From the NCBI GenBank assembly GCA_049294175.1, contig JBAQCL010000074.1:96384-160383 (forward strand): a stretch of DNA of 64,000 nucleotides. The letters run 5' to 3'. The DNA is from Ignavibacteriaceae bacterium. GTDB taxonomy: Bacteria > Bacteroidota > Ignavibacteria > Ignavibacteriales > Ignavibacteriaceae. The notes under the pieces are model-generated. The model was not told where the DNA came from and searched no databases. It worked only from the letters and a program-made list of their open reading frames with translations. Each line of letters opens with the position of its first letter. Within the stretch, counting starts at the first letter, position 1. A program made the position numbers and the translations under genes. This document shows, piece after piece, positions 11,198-20,416 of this stretch.

Positions 11198-12082
11198 ATG
11201 ATGTACCTTGGTGAACTTAGTGCTCTTTTAACTGCCTTCCTCTGGTCAGGAACATCATTGGCATTTTCTTCGGCATCAGAAAAAATCGGCTCACTTCAAC
11301 TCAATATTGACCGCATGATACTTGCCTCTGTTTTTCTTATCTCTACAATTTTTATTATGGGATATGGCTTTGACTTATCAATGTCTCAATATATCAATTT
11401 GATTATAAGCGGAATTGTTGGATTGATTATCGGAGATTCATTTCTATTTAAAAGTTTTCAAATGATTGGGGCAAGAATAAGTATGCTTCTTATGGCGCTT
11501 TCGCCTGGAATATCAACTTTGCTCGCGTTTATTTTTCTTGACGAAAGAATAACTTTACCGGGTATAGCTGGAATCTTTATAACAATATCTGGAATTGCAC
11601 TCGTTGTTCTTGAAAAAAATACAGATTCTAAATATAAAATTACTGCATTGGGAATTACATATGGTTTGCTGGGTGCACTCGGTCAAGCCGGCGGGTTAAT
11701 TTTTGCAAAGTTTGCTTTTGAAGAAGGGCACATAGCAAGTTTTGTGGCAACCTTCATCCGTATTTTTTCTTCTGTGATAATTCTTTTGCCAGTAGTGCTT
11801 TTACTAAAGCGTTATAAAAATCCTTACAAAATTTTTAATAAAAATAAATCTGCGTTTGGTGCAACATTAATTGGAACAATTCTCGGGCCATTTCTCGGTA
11901 TTACTTTTAGTTTAATTGCTGTTGAAAACACAAAAGTTGGAATTGCCGCTACACTTATGTCAACAATGCCGATAATAATGCTTCCTATGATTAGATATAT
12001 TTTTAAGGAAAAACTTTCCTGGCGGGCAATAACCGGTGCCGTGATTTCAGTTATCGGTGTTGCATTAATCTTTTTAAGATAA
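11198..12082 (+). CDS. EamA/DMT-family transporter
   Basis: 294 aa with about 10 TM segments arranged as two similar halves, typical of the drug/metabolite transporter superfamily. Confidence 0.7.
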   Translation: MMYLGELSALLTAFLWSGTSLAFSSASEKIGSLQLNIDRMILASVFLISTIFIMGYGFDLSMSQYINLIISGIVGLIIGDSFLFKSFQMIGARISMLLMALSPGISTLLAFIFLDERITLPGIAGIFITISGIALVVLEKNTDSKYKITALGITYGLLGALGQAGGLIFAKFAFEEGHIASFVATFIRIFSSVIILLPVVLLLKRYKNPYKIFNKNKSAFGATLIGTILGPFLGITFSLIAVENTKVGIAATLMSTMPIIMLPMIRYIFKEKLSWRAITGAVISVIGVALIFLR

Positions 12083-12106
12083 TTTTATAAACAAGAAGGA
12101 ATAAAA

Positions 12107-12310
12107 ATGAGTGATAATTTTAAAATCAATTATTGCCTTAATTGCAATGCCTCTGAAAATAATATACCGTTAGTCAGTTTGGTTTATTCGGGAAAGTCTG
12201 CATTTATTTGTTCAAGTTGTTTGCCGGTTTTGATACATCAACCGCAAAAATTAATTGGCAAACTTGATGGTGCTGAAAACATTTCACCTGCAAAACCGGA
12301 TAATGAATAA
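12107..12310 (+). CDS. small CxxC...CxxC zinc-ribbon-like hypothetical protein
   Basis: 67 aa with CLNC...CSSC pairs. A GGA-rich RBS (AAGAAGGAATAAAAATG) precedes the start. No family confidently recognised. Confidence 0.4.
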   Translation: MSDNFKINYCLNCNASENNIPLVSLVYSGKSAFICSSCLPVLIHQPQKLIGKLDGAENISPAKPDNE

Positions 12311-12331
12311 GAAAAATTAAAGATAAGTAAG

Positions 12332-12847
12332 TCAGTTAATTTCTCTCATTGTCTTTTCATAAACATCATAAGTTCTGCTATCAAAGCAAGCAAAAATTAC
12401 TTTTTCAATTTGTTGATTTTTTGAAAGAAATAATTTTGTTTCTTTAATTGCAATTTTTGTCGCGCGTTCCAGTGGAAAATTATAAACACCTGTTGAAATA
12501 GCTGGGAATGCAATTGTTCTGATCTTGTTTTCAACTGCAAGTTTTAATGAATTGCGATAACAATTTGAAAGTAAATTATCTTCATTAGAATCTCCACCAT
12601 TCCAGATAGGTCCAACAGTGTGGATAATAAATTTTGCAGTAAGATTAAATCCGGGAGTGATTTTTGCTTCTCCCGTTTCACATCCGCCAAGTTTGCGATT
12701 GTATTCAAGAAGTTTAGAACCGGCAGCACGATGAATTGCTCCATCAACGCCGCCGCCGCCAAGTAGTGAATTGTTGGCGGCGTTTACTATTGCATCAACT
12801 TTTAGTTTAGTAATATCTGCTTTAATTATTTCAATTCTTTGCTTCAT
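12332..12847 (-). CDS. ymdB: macro-domain protein / O-acetyl-ADP-ribose deacetylase
   Basis: [19 protein letters not shown] and [11 protein letters not shown] motifs. 171 aa, the typical stand-alone macro-domain size. Confidence 0.88.
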   Translation of the reverse strand: MKQRIEIIKADITKLKVDAIVNAANNSLLGGGGVDGAIHRAAGSKLLEYNRKLGGCETGEAKITPGFNLTAKFIIHTVGPIWNGGDSNEDNLLSNCYRNSLKLAVENKIRTIAFPAISTGVYNFPLERATKIAIKETKLFLSKNQQIEKVIFACFDSRTYDVYEKTMREIN

Positions 12848-13277
12848 CTTTGTTTAGAAACTCTACTTTTACCATTTCAGTAGAATAAATTTTCCATGAA
12901 TCGCCATCTTTTTTTAAAGTATGGATTCCAGTTGTTCGGTTATCTTTAAATTCAGGACCTTTGATTTTTTTTACAACCTGTGTAAACCTAACTTTTGCTT
13001 CATTATCATTTTCTTCAATAACTTTAATATCCTCTATCTTGTAACTTAAATCATAGCGTTCTAATATTTTTTCTGTTAACTCTTTAGTGCCTTCATAATC
13101 AGGACTTTCGGGATGAATTGTTGACATAGCGCCGTCCAAATCTTCCTTATTCAGATATTCAGCATTTGCATTAATTGTGTCTTCAGGGGTTAGATAATCT
13201 TTTTTACTTGAGCAGGAAACAACAAGCAATGTTATAACAAAAATAAAGACAAAACGCGCGAACAATATTTTTTTCAC
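12831..13277 (-). CDS. hypothetical lipoprotein
   Basis: Signal peptide plus lipobox (LLVVSCSS). The stop overlaps the macro-domain gene start by 17 nt. No family recognised. Confidence 0.5.
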   Translation of the reverse strand: MKKILFARFVFIFVITLLVVSCSSKKDYLTPEDTINANAEYLNKEDLDGAMSTIHPESPDYEGTKELTEKILERYDLSYKIEDIKVIEENDNEAKVRFTQVVKKIKGPEFKDNRTTGIHTLKKDGDSWKIYSTEMVKVEFLNKDEAKN

Positions 13278-13295
13278 ATATACTCCTTTAAATAA

Positions 13296-14486
13296 TTAAA
13301 TATTCATTTCTTTTTTTACTTCTGAAAATTTATCCACTGCAAAATCCAAATCTTCTTTAGAATGTGCTGCAGATATTTGCACTCTTATTCTTGCCGTACC
13401 TTTTGGAACAACAGGGAAGAAGAAGCCAACAGCATAGACACCTTTTTCAAGTAACTTAGCAGCCATTGTTTGAGCAAGTGCAGCGTCGCCAAGCATAATT
13501 GGAACTATTGGATGAACGCCTTCTTTGATGTTAAAACCTGCTGCTTTTATTTTTTCTCTAAAATATTTTGTGTTTTCTTCAAGTTTATCTCTTAAATGAG
13601 TAGTTGCACTTAGCATTTCAAAAACTTTTAAAGATGCTGCTACAATATTTGGTGCAACAGTGTTTGAAAATAAATAAGGTCGTGATCTTTGACGTAATAA
13701 ATCGACAATTTCTTTTCTTGCGGAAGTATATCCGCCGCTTGCACCGCCGAGAGCTTTTCCCAGTGTTCCGGTAATGATGTCAATTCGTCCCATCACTCCA
13801 TTGTGTTCGTGAGTTCCCTTTCCATGTTTACCCATAAATCCTACTGCGTGAGAATCATCTACCATAACCATTGCCCCATATTTTTCAGCAAGATCACAAA
13901 TATCTTTTAACGGGGCAATAAATCCATCCATAGAAAAAACGCCGTCTGTTGCTATTAAAATATTTTTTGCATTGTTGGATTTTGCCTCTTTAAGTTTTTC
14001 TTCGAGATCATTCATATTACAATTTTTGTAACGGTAACGTTGTGCTTTACATAACCTTATTCCATCTATAATACTTGCGTGATTTAATTCATCACTTACT
14101 ATTGCATCGTCTTCCCCAAGTAAAGTTTCAAACAAACCGCCATTTGCATCAAAGCAGGATGTGTAAAGAATAGTGTCTTCCATCCCAAGGAATTCTGATA
14201 TTTTCTTTTCCAATTCTTTGTGAATTTCCTGTGTGCCGCAAATAAATCTAACGGATGACATTCCAAATCCCCAATTATCAAAACTATCTTTTGCTGCTTT
14301 GATTATTTCAGAATTATCAGCCAAACCGAGATAATTATTTGCGCACATGTTTAAAACTTGTTGCCCGGTTGTAACTGCAATGTGCGCGCTTTGCGGAGTT
14401 GTGATGACTCTCTCTTTTTTATAGAGTCCTTCTTTTTCTATGCTTGTCAAAATTTCAGAGTAATGTTGTTTTGTTGATGTGTTCAT
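13296..14486 (-). CDS. kbl: glycine C-acetyltransferase (2-amino-3-ketobutyrate CoA ligase)
   Basis: 396 aa of the alpha-oxoamine synthase family, with DDSHAVGF and the [11 protein letters not shown]-lysine motif. It lies directly downstream of tdh. Confidence 0.9.
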   Translation of the reverse strand: MNTSTKQHYSEILTSIEKEGLYKKERVITTPQSAHIAVTTGQQVLNMCANNYLGLADNSEIIKAAKDSFDNWGFGMSSVRFICGTQEIHKELEKKISEFLGMEDTILYTSCFDANGGLFETLLGEDDAIVSDELNHASIIDGIRLCKAQRYRYKNCNMNDLEEKLKEAKSNNAKNILIATDGVFSMDGFIAPLKDICDLAEKYGAMVMVDDSHAVGFMGKHGKGTHEHNGVMGRIDIITGTLGKALGGASGGYTSARKEIVDLLRQRSRPYLFSNTVAPNIVAASLKVFEMLSATTHLRDKLEENTKYFREKIKAAGFNIKEGVHPIVPIMLGDAALAQTMAAKLLEKGVYAVGFFFPVVPKGTARIRVQISAAHSKEDLDFAVDKFSEVKKEMNI

Positions 14487-14499
14487 TGTTAATTCCTTT

Positions 14500-15537
14500 C
14501 TAATCCAACCAGTTGAGAATTACTTTGCCTGAATTACCGGATTTCATTATTTCAAAACCCTCTTTGTAATCATCAATTTTGAATTTGTGAGTGATAATAG
14601 GAGTAATGTCTAATCCACTTTGTATCATTGCCTGCATTTTATACCACGTCTCAAACATTTTTCTGCCGTAAATACCACGAATGTTTAGCCCGTTAAAAAT
14701 AACTTTTGACCAATCTACTGCTGTATTAGATGGAAGTAAACCAAGCAAAGCAATACTTCCGCCATGGAACATTACGTCAATCATATCATTAAACGCTTTG
14801 ATGCTTCCGGACATTTCCAATCCAATATCAAAACCTTCTTTCATTCCAAGTTCCTTTACAACATCAGGTAATTTTTCTTTAGAAACATCAACAGCACGTG
14901 TAACTCCAATTTTTCTTGCAAGCTCTAATCTGTAAGTATTCATATCTGTAATTACAAGGTTTCTTGCACCGGCATGTAATGCAACAGCGGCAGCCATTAT
15001 TCCAATTGGACCGGCGCCGGTAATTAGAACATCTTCGCCAAGTAAATCATAACTTAATGCCGTGTGAACTGCATTTCCAAACGGATCAAACACAGCTAAA
15101 ACATCTGTGGAAATTTTGGGATCACAATGCCAGATGTTTTGAACAGGAATAACAAGATATTCTGCAAATGCTCCTGGACGATTTACTCCGACTCCTTTTG
15201 CATTCGGGCAAAGATGTCCACGTCCTGCTCGACAGTTTCTGCAAGTTCCGCAAACTATATGTCCTTCGCCGCTTACTAATTCTCCAACTCGAACATCATG
15301 AACGTTATTCCCGAAAGCTTCAACGGTTCCAACATATTCATGTCCAACATGCATTGGAATGGGAATAGTTTTTTGTGCCCATTCATTCCAATTATAGATG
15401 TGGATATCTGTTCCGCAAATAGCAGTTTTATGAATTTTAATCAGTACATCGTTAGGTCCATATTCGGGAATGGGAACTTCATCCATCCATATTCCCGGCT
15501 CGGCATATTTTTTAACAAGGGCTTTCATTTTTTTCAT
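14500..15537 (-). CDS. tdh: L-threonine 3-dehydrogenase
   Basis: Zn-dependent ADH fold with [23 protein letters not shown] and GAGPIG motifs. Paired with kbl. Confidence 0.9.
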   Translation of the reverse strand: MKKMKALVKKYAEPGIWMDEVPIPEYGPNDVLIKIHKTAICGTDIHIYNWNEWAQKTIPIPMHVGHEYVGTVEAFGNNVHDVRVGELVSGEGHIVCGTCRNCRAGRGHLCPNAKGVGVNRPGAFAEYLVIPVQNIWHCDPKISTDVLAVFDPFGNAVHTALSYDLLGEDVLITGAGPIGIMAAAVALHAGARNLVITDMNTYRLELARKIGVTRAVDVSKEKLPDVVKELGMKEGFDIGLEMSGSIKAFNDMIDVMFHGGSIALLGLLPSNTAVDWSKVIFNGLNIRGIYGRKMFETWYKMQAMIQSGLDITPIITHKFKIDDYKEGFEIMKSGNSGKVILNWLD

Positions 15538-15693
15538 GGTAATATCCTTTAGAAAAGTAAAACTTTTGGTATTTAATAAGAAGTAAATTTGAAATAAACA
15601 TTACTTCAAAATTAGAGACTGGGGATGTAAACAACAATAAGAATAATTTTGCCGTTTACATTTTAGTAATTGAAGAGGCAAAAAAATATTTAG

Positions 15694-16110
15694 CTAAATT
15701 ATCGAGAAAAGTGCAAAATCGTTGTTATTAATTAATAGTTTTGGAGAACTCTCACTTATCTTGATTTCGTTTTTCAAAAAATCATCATCAATTAAATTTG
15801 CTTTTGCTGTTTTTTTTAGCCAATCGATTTCACTTTCCGTAACTCTTCCGTCTGCATAGATAAGTTTAACGGCATCGCTAACAAATGATTTAGCAATATT
15901 TTGGTCTGAAAATATTATTGGATCTTCAGCAAGGTATTTATTTGACAATAAACCGCGGACAGTTTCATCATAAAAATCTTTTGCAAAACCAAGTTTATCT
16001 GATATTTTCTTTAAAATCTCTTTTTCTTTTTCACTTAATTGTCTATCTAATTTGGCGGTTATAAAAAGTCCTTTTAAGTAGTTACTGCGATCAAGAAGTG
16101 GGATATTCAT
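15694..16110 (-). CDS. TerB-like hypothetical protein
   Basis: 138 aa, helical, with two D/E-rich repeats reminiscent of the TerB/DUF533-type fold. Weak recognition only. Confidence 0.35.
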   Translation of the reverse strand: MNIPLLDRSNYLKGLFITAKLDRQLSEKEKEILKKISDKLGFAKDFYDETVRGLLSNKYLAEDPIIFSDQNIAKSFVSDAVKLIYADGRVTESEIDWLKKTAKANLIDDDFLKNEIKISESSPKLLINNNDFALFSII

Positions 16111-16611
16111 TTTTTCTCTTTGTTTAATTGTACTATAGTATAAAAGTTCTATAACAATTCCTTTAAAATATTTTCAAAACTCTTAAACTAAGATATTATT
16201 CTTTTCATTAAAGTCTATGTAAATAGAAGTCTCTCTCATTATTAATCAGTTAAATATGTCCAGTTTTTTCTATTTCTGTTCAAAATCCATTTAAAAGAAA
16301 CGCATTACACTTATCAAATTACATTCCAAGTGATTTTGGGTAAAAACATAATTTAAGTTTTGATTTTGACTTTCTTTTCTACTCATTTTTTTTTCATCTG
16401 TTGCAACATAAAACAAAATTTCCGTATAAGTCGGTATTTTTCAGAAGCCTTGGATAGAATAATTCAGTTTTCCAATCTCGGAAATTAAAATATCAAATGA
16501 ACACTTGTATATAACAGTTTTAAATATTTGAAATATTTAACAACTAAATTTTTTTATAATTACTATCTTTAAAATATTCTTAGAATTTCTTTATAAAATT
16601 ATTGGAGTAAT

Positions 16612-17379
16612 ATGAAGCCGTTTTTGATTATTGTCACATTAGTATTCACTACTACGTACTTCAACTTATTTGCACAGATAAATACGGAAAGATATAGAAC
16701 AGATGTAGATTCTGTTGGATTTACCGGAACAGCAGACATTGACGTTACTGCAATAACCGGTAATACTGATTTTCAATTTATTAAAGTCGGTGGAAGATTA
16801 AATTATAATTGGGGTGAAGATTATACATTTTTGGTTGTAGATGGCGGGCTGGGATGGGACGACGGTAAAAAAATATTTAACCAGGCTCTTGCTCATTTAA
16901 GGCATGTTCACTCGCTTAATAAACTTGTTCAGGTTGAAGCATTTTTCCAGACGGATTTTAATAAAAAAAGATTGCTGAATGAAAGAGAACTAATTGGCGG
17001 AGGTTTAAGATTTAGATTTCTAAAATCTGATCATCTGAAAATAAGATTTGGTATCTCATATTTTTATGAACACGAAAGATATGATGTTGAAAAAAATTCA
17101 GTACACAGAAATAATTTGTTTGCCAATCGCTTATCAACATATTTCACATTTGAATACGAGATAAAAAATGATGTGCAATTTGTAAGCACAACGTATTATC
17201 AGCCGCAAATCGGTAAATGGAATGATTATAAAATACTTTCGGATAATTCTTTAGTTGTGAATCTAAGTTCATTTGTTGATTTGAATGTAGGCTTAAACTT
17301 AAGGTTTGATTCTAAACCACCTGAAACAATAAAAAATACGGATACTTATACCAGGTTCGGTTTTAGTTTTAAATTTTAA
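16612..17379 (+). CDS. DUF481-family outer-membrane beta-barrel protein
   Basis: Signal peptide, an alternating beta-strand pattern, ITGNTD and a terminal aromatic residue (FSFKF). Resembles YdiY/DUF481. Confidence 0.55.
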   Translation: MKPFLIIVTLVFTTTYFNLFAQINTERYRTDVDSVGFTGTADIDVTAITGNTDFQFIKVGGRLNYNWGEDYTFLVVDGGLGWDDGKKIFNQALAHLRHVHSLNKLVQVEAFFQTDFNKKRLLNERELIGGGLRFRFLKSDHLKIRFGISYFYEHERYDVEKNSVHRNNLFANRLSTYFTFEYEIKNDVQFVSTTYYQPQIGKWNDYKILSDNSLVVNLSSFVDLNVGLNLRFDSKPPETIKNTDTYTRFGFSFKF

Positions 17380-17459
17380 AAAGTTTTTATCAAAAAAATT
17401 TGTAGTATTTTTATAACAATAGAAAACAATTTTATTCTTAATTATTCAAGGAGTATAAA

Positions 17460-18857
17460 ATGAATTACCGAATTGAAAAAGACACAATGGGTGAAATTAA
17501 AGTGCCTGCGGATAAGTACTGGGGTGCTCAAACCCAAAGATCAAAAGAAAATTTTATTATTGGTGGGGATAAAATGCCTTTTGAAATTATCAGGGCATTC
17601 GGAATCCTGAAAAAAGCTGCTGCTTTAACTAACGCCGAATTAGGTGTACTGCCAAAAGAAAAGGCAGAAATAATCTGTCAGGTTTGTGATGAAATAATTG
17701 AAGGGAAACTAGAAGAACATTTTCCGCTGGTCGTATGGCAAACAGGATCGGGTACACAGTCTAACATGAACGTAAATGAAGTAATAGCCAACCGCGCTCA
17801 TGTATTATTGGGCGGAAAACTTGGAGAAGGAAAACATTTTATCCATCCAAATGATGATGTTAATAAATCTCAATCTTCGAATGATACTTTTCCCACGGCA
17901 ATGCATATTGCTGCTTGTGATATAATTACACATAGAACAATTCCAGGAGTTACCAAGCTGCTTAATACCTTGAAAAAGAAGGCAGTGGAATTCGAAGATA
18001 TTATTAAAATAGGCAGAACTCATTTAATGGATGCAACTCCACTAACTCTCGGACAGGAATTTTCAGGTTTTGCTGCTATTGTAGAACATGGAGTGAGAGC
18101 AATAAGATACTCAACAGTGCATCTGCATGAAATAGCCCTGGGAGGAACTGCAGTTGGAACCGGTTTGAACACACCTAAAGGATTTGATGTCTTAGTGGCA
18201 AAAAAAATAGCTGAGCTTTCTCCCGGATGCCCGTTTGTTACAGCTCAAAATAAGTTTGAAGCACTTTCAGCTCATAGTTCCATAATTGAAATTTCAGGAG
18301 CACTTAAGCTTTTAGCAACAGGACTTACAAAAATTGCAAATGACATAAGGTTCTATGCCTCGGGTCCCAGATCCGGTATTGGTGAATTAATACTTCCTGC
18401 AAATGAACCCGGTTCATCAATTATGCCTGGTAAAGTTAATCCAACACAGAATGAAGCATTGACTCAGGTTTGTACGCAGGTTGTTGGTAATGATATTACA
18501 ATTACGATGGCCGGAATGCAAGGACATTTTCAGTTGAATGTTTTTAAGCCTGTAATGATTCTTAATCTTTTAAACTCAGCAAAATTATTAGGAGATGCAT
18601 GCGTTTCTTTTAATGATAATTGTGCTGTTGGTATCAAACCAAACCTTGAAAAAATTAAATACAATCTTGATAATTCTTTAATGCTTGTTACTGCTCTGAA
18701 CCCTATAATTGGCTATGATAATGCGGCAAAGGTTGCTAAGAAAGCCTACAAGGAAAATAAAACACTTAAAGAGGCAGTTTTAGAATTAGGATTAATGACA
18801 GCAGAAAAATTTGATGAAGCAGTACAACCGGAAAAAATGATTGGACCAGGAAAGTAA
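17460..18857 (+). CDS. fumC: class II fumarate hydratase
   Basis: 465 aa with the [11 protein letters not shown] signature, [12 protein letters not shown] and [16 protein letters not shown]. Confidence 0.96.
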   Translation: MNYRIEKDTMGEIKVPADKYWGAQTQRSKENFIIGGDKMPFEIIRAFGILKKAAALTNAELGVLPKEKAEIICQVCDEIIEGKLEEHFPLVVWQTGSGTQSNMNVNEVIANRAHVLLGGKLGEGKHFIHPNDDVNKSQSSNDTFPTAMHIAACDIITHRTIPGVTKLLNTLKKKAVEFEDIIKIGRTHLMDATPLTLGQEFSGFAAIVEHGVRAIRYSTVHLHEIALGGTAVGTGLNTPKGFDVLVAKKIAELSPGCPFVTAQNKFEALSAHSSIIEISGALKLLATGLTKIANDIRFYASGPRSGIGELILPANEPGSSIMPGKVNPTQNEALTQVCTQVVGNDITITMAGMQGHFQLNVFKPVMILNLLNSAKLLGDACVSFNDNCAVGIKPNLEKIKYNLDNSLMLVTALNPIIGYDNAAKVAKKAYKENKTLKEAVLELGLMTAEKFDEAVQPEKMIGPGK

Positions 18858-18868
18858 GTCAATCCTTA

Positions 18869-18910
18869 CACAGAGTTCCACTGAGTGAATACAGAGAAAC
18901 ACTGAGGAAG
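18869..18910 (+). repeat. left flank: four ACWGAG hexamers phased at 10-11 nt
   Basis: ACAGAG at 18870, ACTGAG at 18880, ACAGAG at 18891, ACTGAG at 18901. Confidence 0.85.
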
Positions 18911-18912
18911 TA

Positions 18913-19287
18913 ATGAAAAATTTAAATGAGCTTACAGGCAAAATAATTGGCTGTGCAATTGAAGTTCATAAATATTTATGACCCAGTTTATTAGAATCAG
19001 CTTATGAAGAATGTTTGTGTTATGAATTTGAGCAAAAAAATATTTTTTATGAAAGGCAAAAACCCATTCCGATAAATTATAAATCAATTAAACTTGATGT
19101 TGGTTATAGGATTGATGTTTTAGTTGAAAAATTGGTGGTTATTGAATCAAAATCAATTGATATTTTAGCGCCAATCCATACATCTCAAATTCTAACATAT
19201 CTGAAATTCTCTGAAAAGAAAATTGAACTACTTATTAATTTTAATGTCACAAAACTTAAAAATGGTCTAAAAAGATATGTCTTATAA
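18913..19287 (+). pseudogene. GxxExxY / PD-(D/E)XK-like protein gene interrupted by one in-frame TGA (18979-18981)
   Basis: The single reading frame gives [43 protein letters not shown]...PIHTSQILTYLKFS...LLINF. This matches my memory of the TIGR04256 GxxExxY family (about 125 aa). The stop replaces the Gly of the conserved LGPGLLE segment. Confidence 0.7.
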
Positions 19288-19289
19288 AT

Positions 19290-19326
19290 TTCTGTGGAAC
19301 TCGAGATTTCTCTGTGTTTCTCAGTT
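19290..19326 (+). repeat. right flank: complementary CTCWGT hexamers phased at exactly 10 nt
   Basis: TTCTGT at 19290 (degenerate), CTCGAG at 19300 (degenerate), CTCTGT at 19310, CTCAGT at 19320. Confidence 0.75.
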
Positions 19327-19339
19327 TAAGGATTAAAAA

Positions 19340-20056
19340 TTGGAAAACTGGAATGGAATAGTATCGCTTCTTTTTGCGTGCATTGAGTTTCTTCTTCTAT
19401 TCAATCTAATAGTTTTTGTTGAAAAGAATAGAATAAATGTTATTGCTTTGATAATGATTACTCTACTGGCATCTTATCAAGCAATGGAATTTTTAATGTG
19501 CCAGTTTGATTTGCAGGAATCATTTTATCCTTACCTTGCGTTTGTAATTATAAGTTTTCTTCCACCGCTTAATTTATTATTAGTTCTTAGTCATACTCAT
19601 AATTTAAAATTGGATTTAAAAATTTCATTAATCTTTATTCCACCAGTTGCCTTTTTGATTTATTACCTGTTTGTTATTCCAAAATTTGTAGTTGCAAAGT
19701 GCACGGTTCTTTATGCCAGTTACCATTATCCATTGGGAGATTTATACGGAGTATTTTATTATTTGCCGATTTTAATTTCAATTATTTTGCTGATAAAATT
19801 TATTATCAAAGAAAAGGACAAAAGGAAAAAACTTATTGCCAAAGTTTTATTATCAGGAGCAATTTTTATAAGCTTACCTGTTGTGTTAGGATTTTCATTA
19901 ATGTTTGCAGGCAACTATGCAATTATTTCTGCAATGGAAAGCATTATGTGTAAATTTGCAATATTGTATGCAGTAGTTCTAAGTTTTGTATGTTTATATA
20001 ATTCACCTTTTAATGATGAACGAAATTATTTTAAATATTTATTTAATAATAAATAA
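19340..20056 (+). CDS. hypothetical polytopic (about 7 TM) membrane protein
   Basis: 238 aa with a TTG start and hydrophobic segments throughout. No output domain and no family recognised. Confidence 0.4.
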   Translation: MENWNGIVSLLFACIEFLLLFNLIVFVEKNRINVIALIMITLLASYQAMEFLMCQFDLQESFYPYLAFVIISFLPPLNLLLVLSHTHNLKLDLKISLIFIPPVAFLIYYLFVIPKFVVAKCTVLYASYHYPLGDLYGVFYYLPILISIILLIKFIIKEKDKRKKLIAKVLLSGAIFISLPVVLGFSLMFAGNYAIISAMESIMCKFAILYAVVLSFVCLYNSPFNDERNYFKYLFNNK

Positions 20057-20093
20057 CGGATTGGTAGAAGAATTCAGAGTTGTTTCCTATGAA

Positions 20094-20345
20094 ATGGAAG
20101 GCGGCGATGATAAGAAAATTGATTTTCTTAAAAGTCATGCCAAAGAAGACTTTTCTAAAGCAGTTCGGTTTGATGCACCTACAGATGAAAAAGGGAAATT
20201 TATGAGTTATAGTAAATTCCATAAGCTTGAAAAACGTGGCATGCATTTTCAATTGTTTGAAGAAATCTTTCAGCGATATAGTGTTGCGGCAAATCCTCTG
20301 ATCTGCGTTACGCCGGTAGTGGATGGTGAAATTTATTCCAGCTAA
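20094..20345 (+). CDS. hypothetical small protein (83 aa; alternative TTG start at 20061)
   Basis: This is the non-overlapping portion of the 19986-20345 ORF. It is charged and soluble-looking, with no family recognised. Confidence 0.35.
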   Translation: MEGGDDKKIDFLKSHAKEDFSKAVRFDAPTDEKGKFMSYSKFHKLEKRGMHFQLFEEIFQRYSVAANPLICVTPVVDGEIYSS

Positions 20346-20416
20346 AATAATTTGTACATTGATTTTAAAAACTTATTAAAATCAAAGTCAGCTAAATTTT
20401 AAAGTAAGGGCAAACA

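Larger units (their letters stand above)
18861..19334 (+). mobile_element. putative mini-cassette carrying a GxxExxY gene, bounded by 8-bp perfect inverted termini
   Basis: AATCCTTA (18861-18868) and TAAGGATT (19327-19334) bracket the unit, with phased hexamer arrays just inside both ends. Mobility itself is not shown. Confidence 0.35.

Noticed and set aside
18979-18981. Possibility that the in-frame TGA is recoded (Gly as in genetic code 25, or selenocysteine).
   Set aside because: TGA clearly terminates well-defined genes here. lpxA ends at 40063-40065 at its canonical length and hldA ends at 43021-43023. No SECIS-like hairpin follows the codon. A nonsense mutation or sequencing error is simpler.
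19986-20093. N-terminal extension of the 119-aa ORF, overlapping the end of the 7-TM gene.
   Set aside because: It overlaps 71 nt of the preceding CDS in another frame. In-frame starts at 20061 (TTG) and 20094 (ATG) lie just after that gene's stop.
20359-20385. AT-only hairpin TTGATTTTA...TAAAATCAA after the small ORF ending at 20345, considered as a terminator.
   Set aside because: The stem is entirely A/T and there is no U-tail, so the predicted stability is too low to assert.
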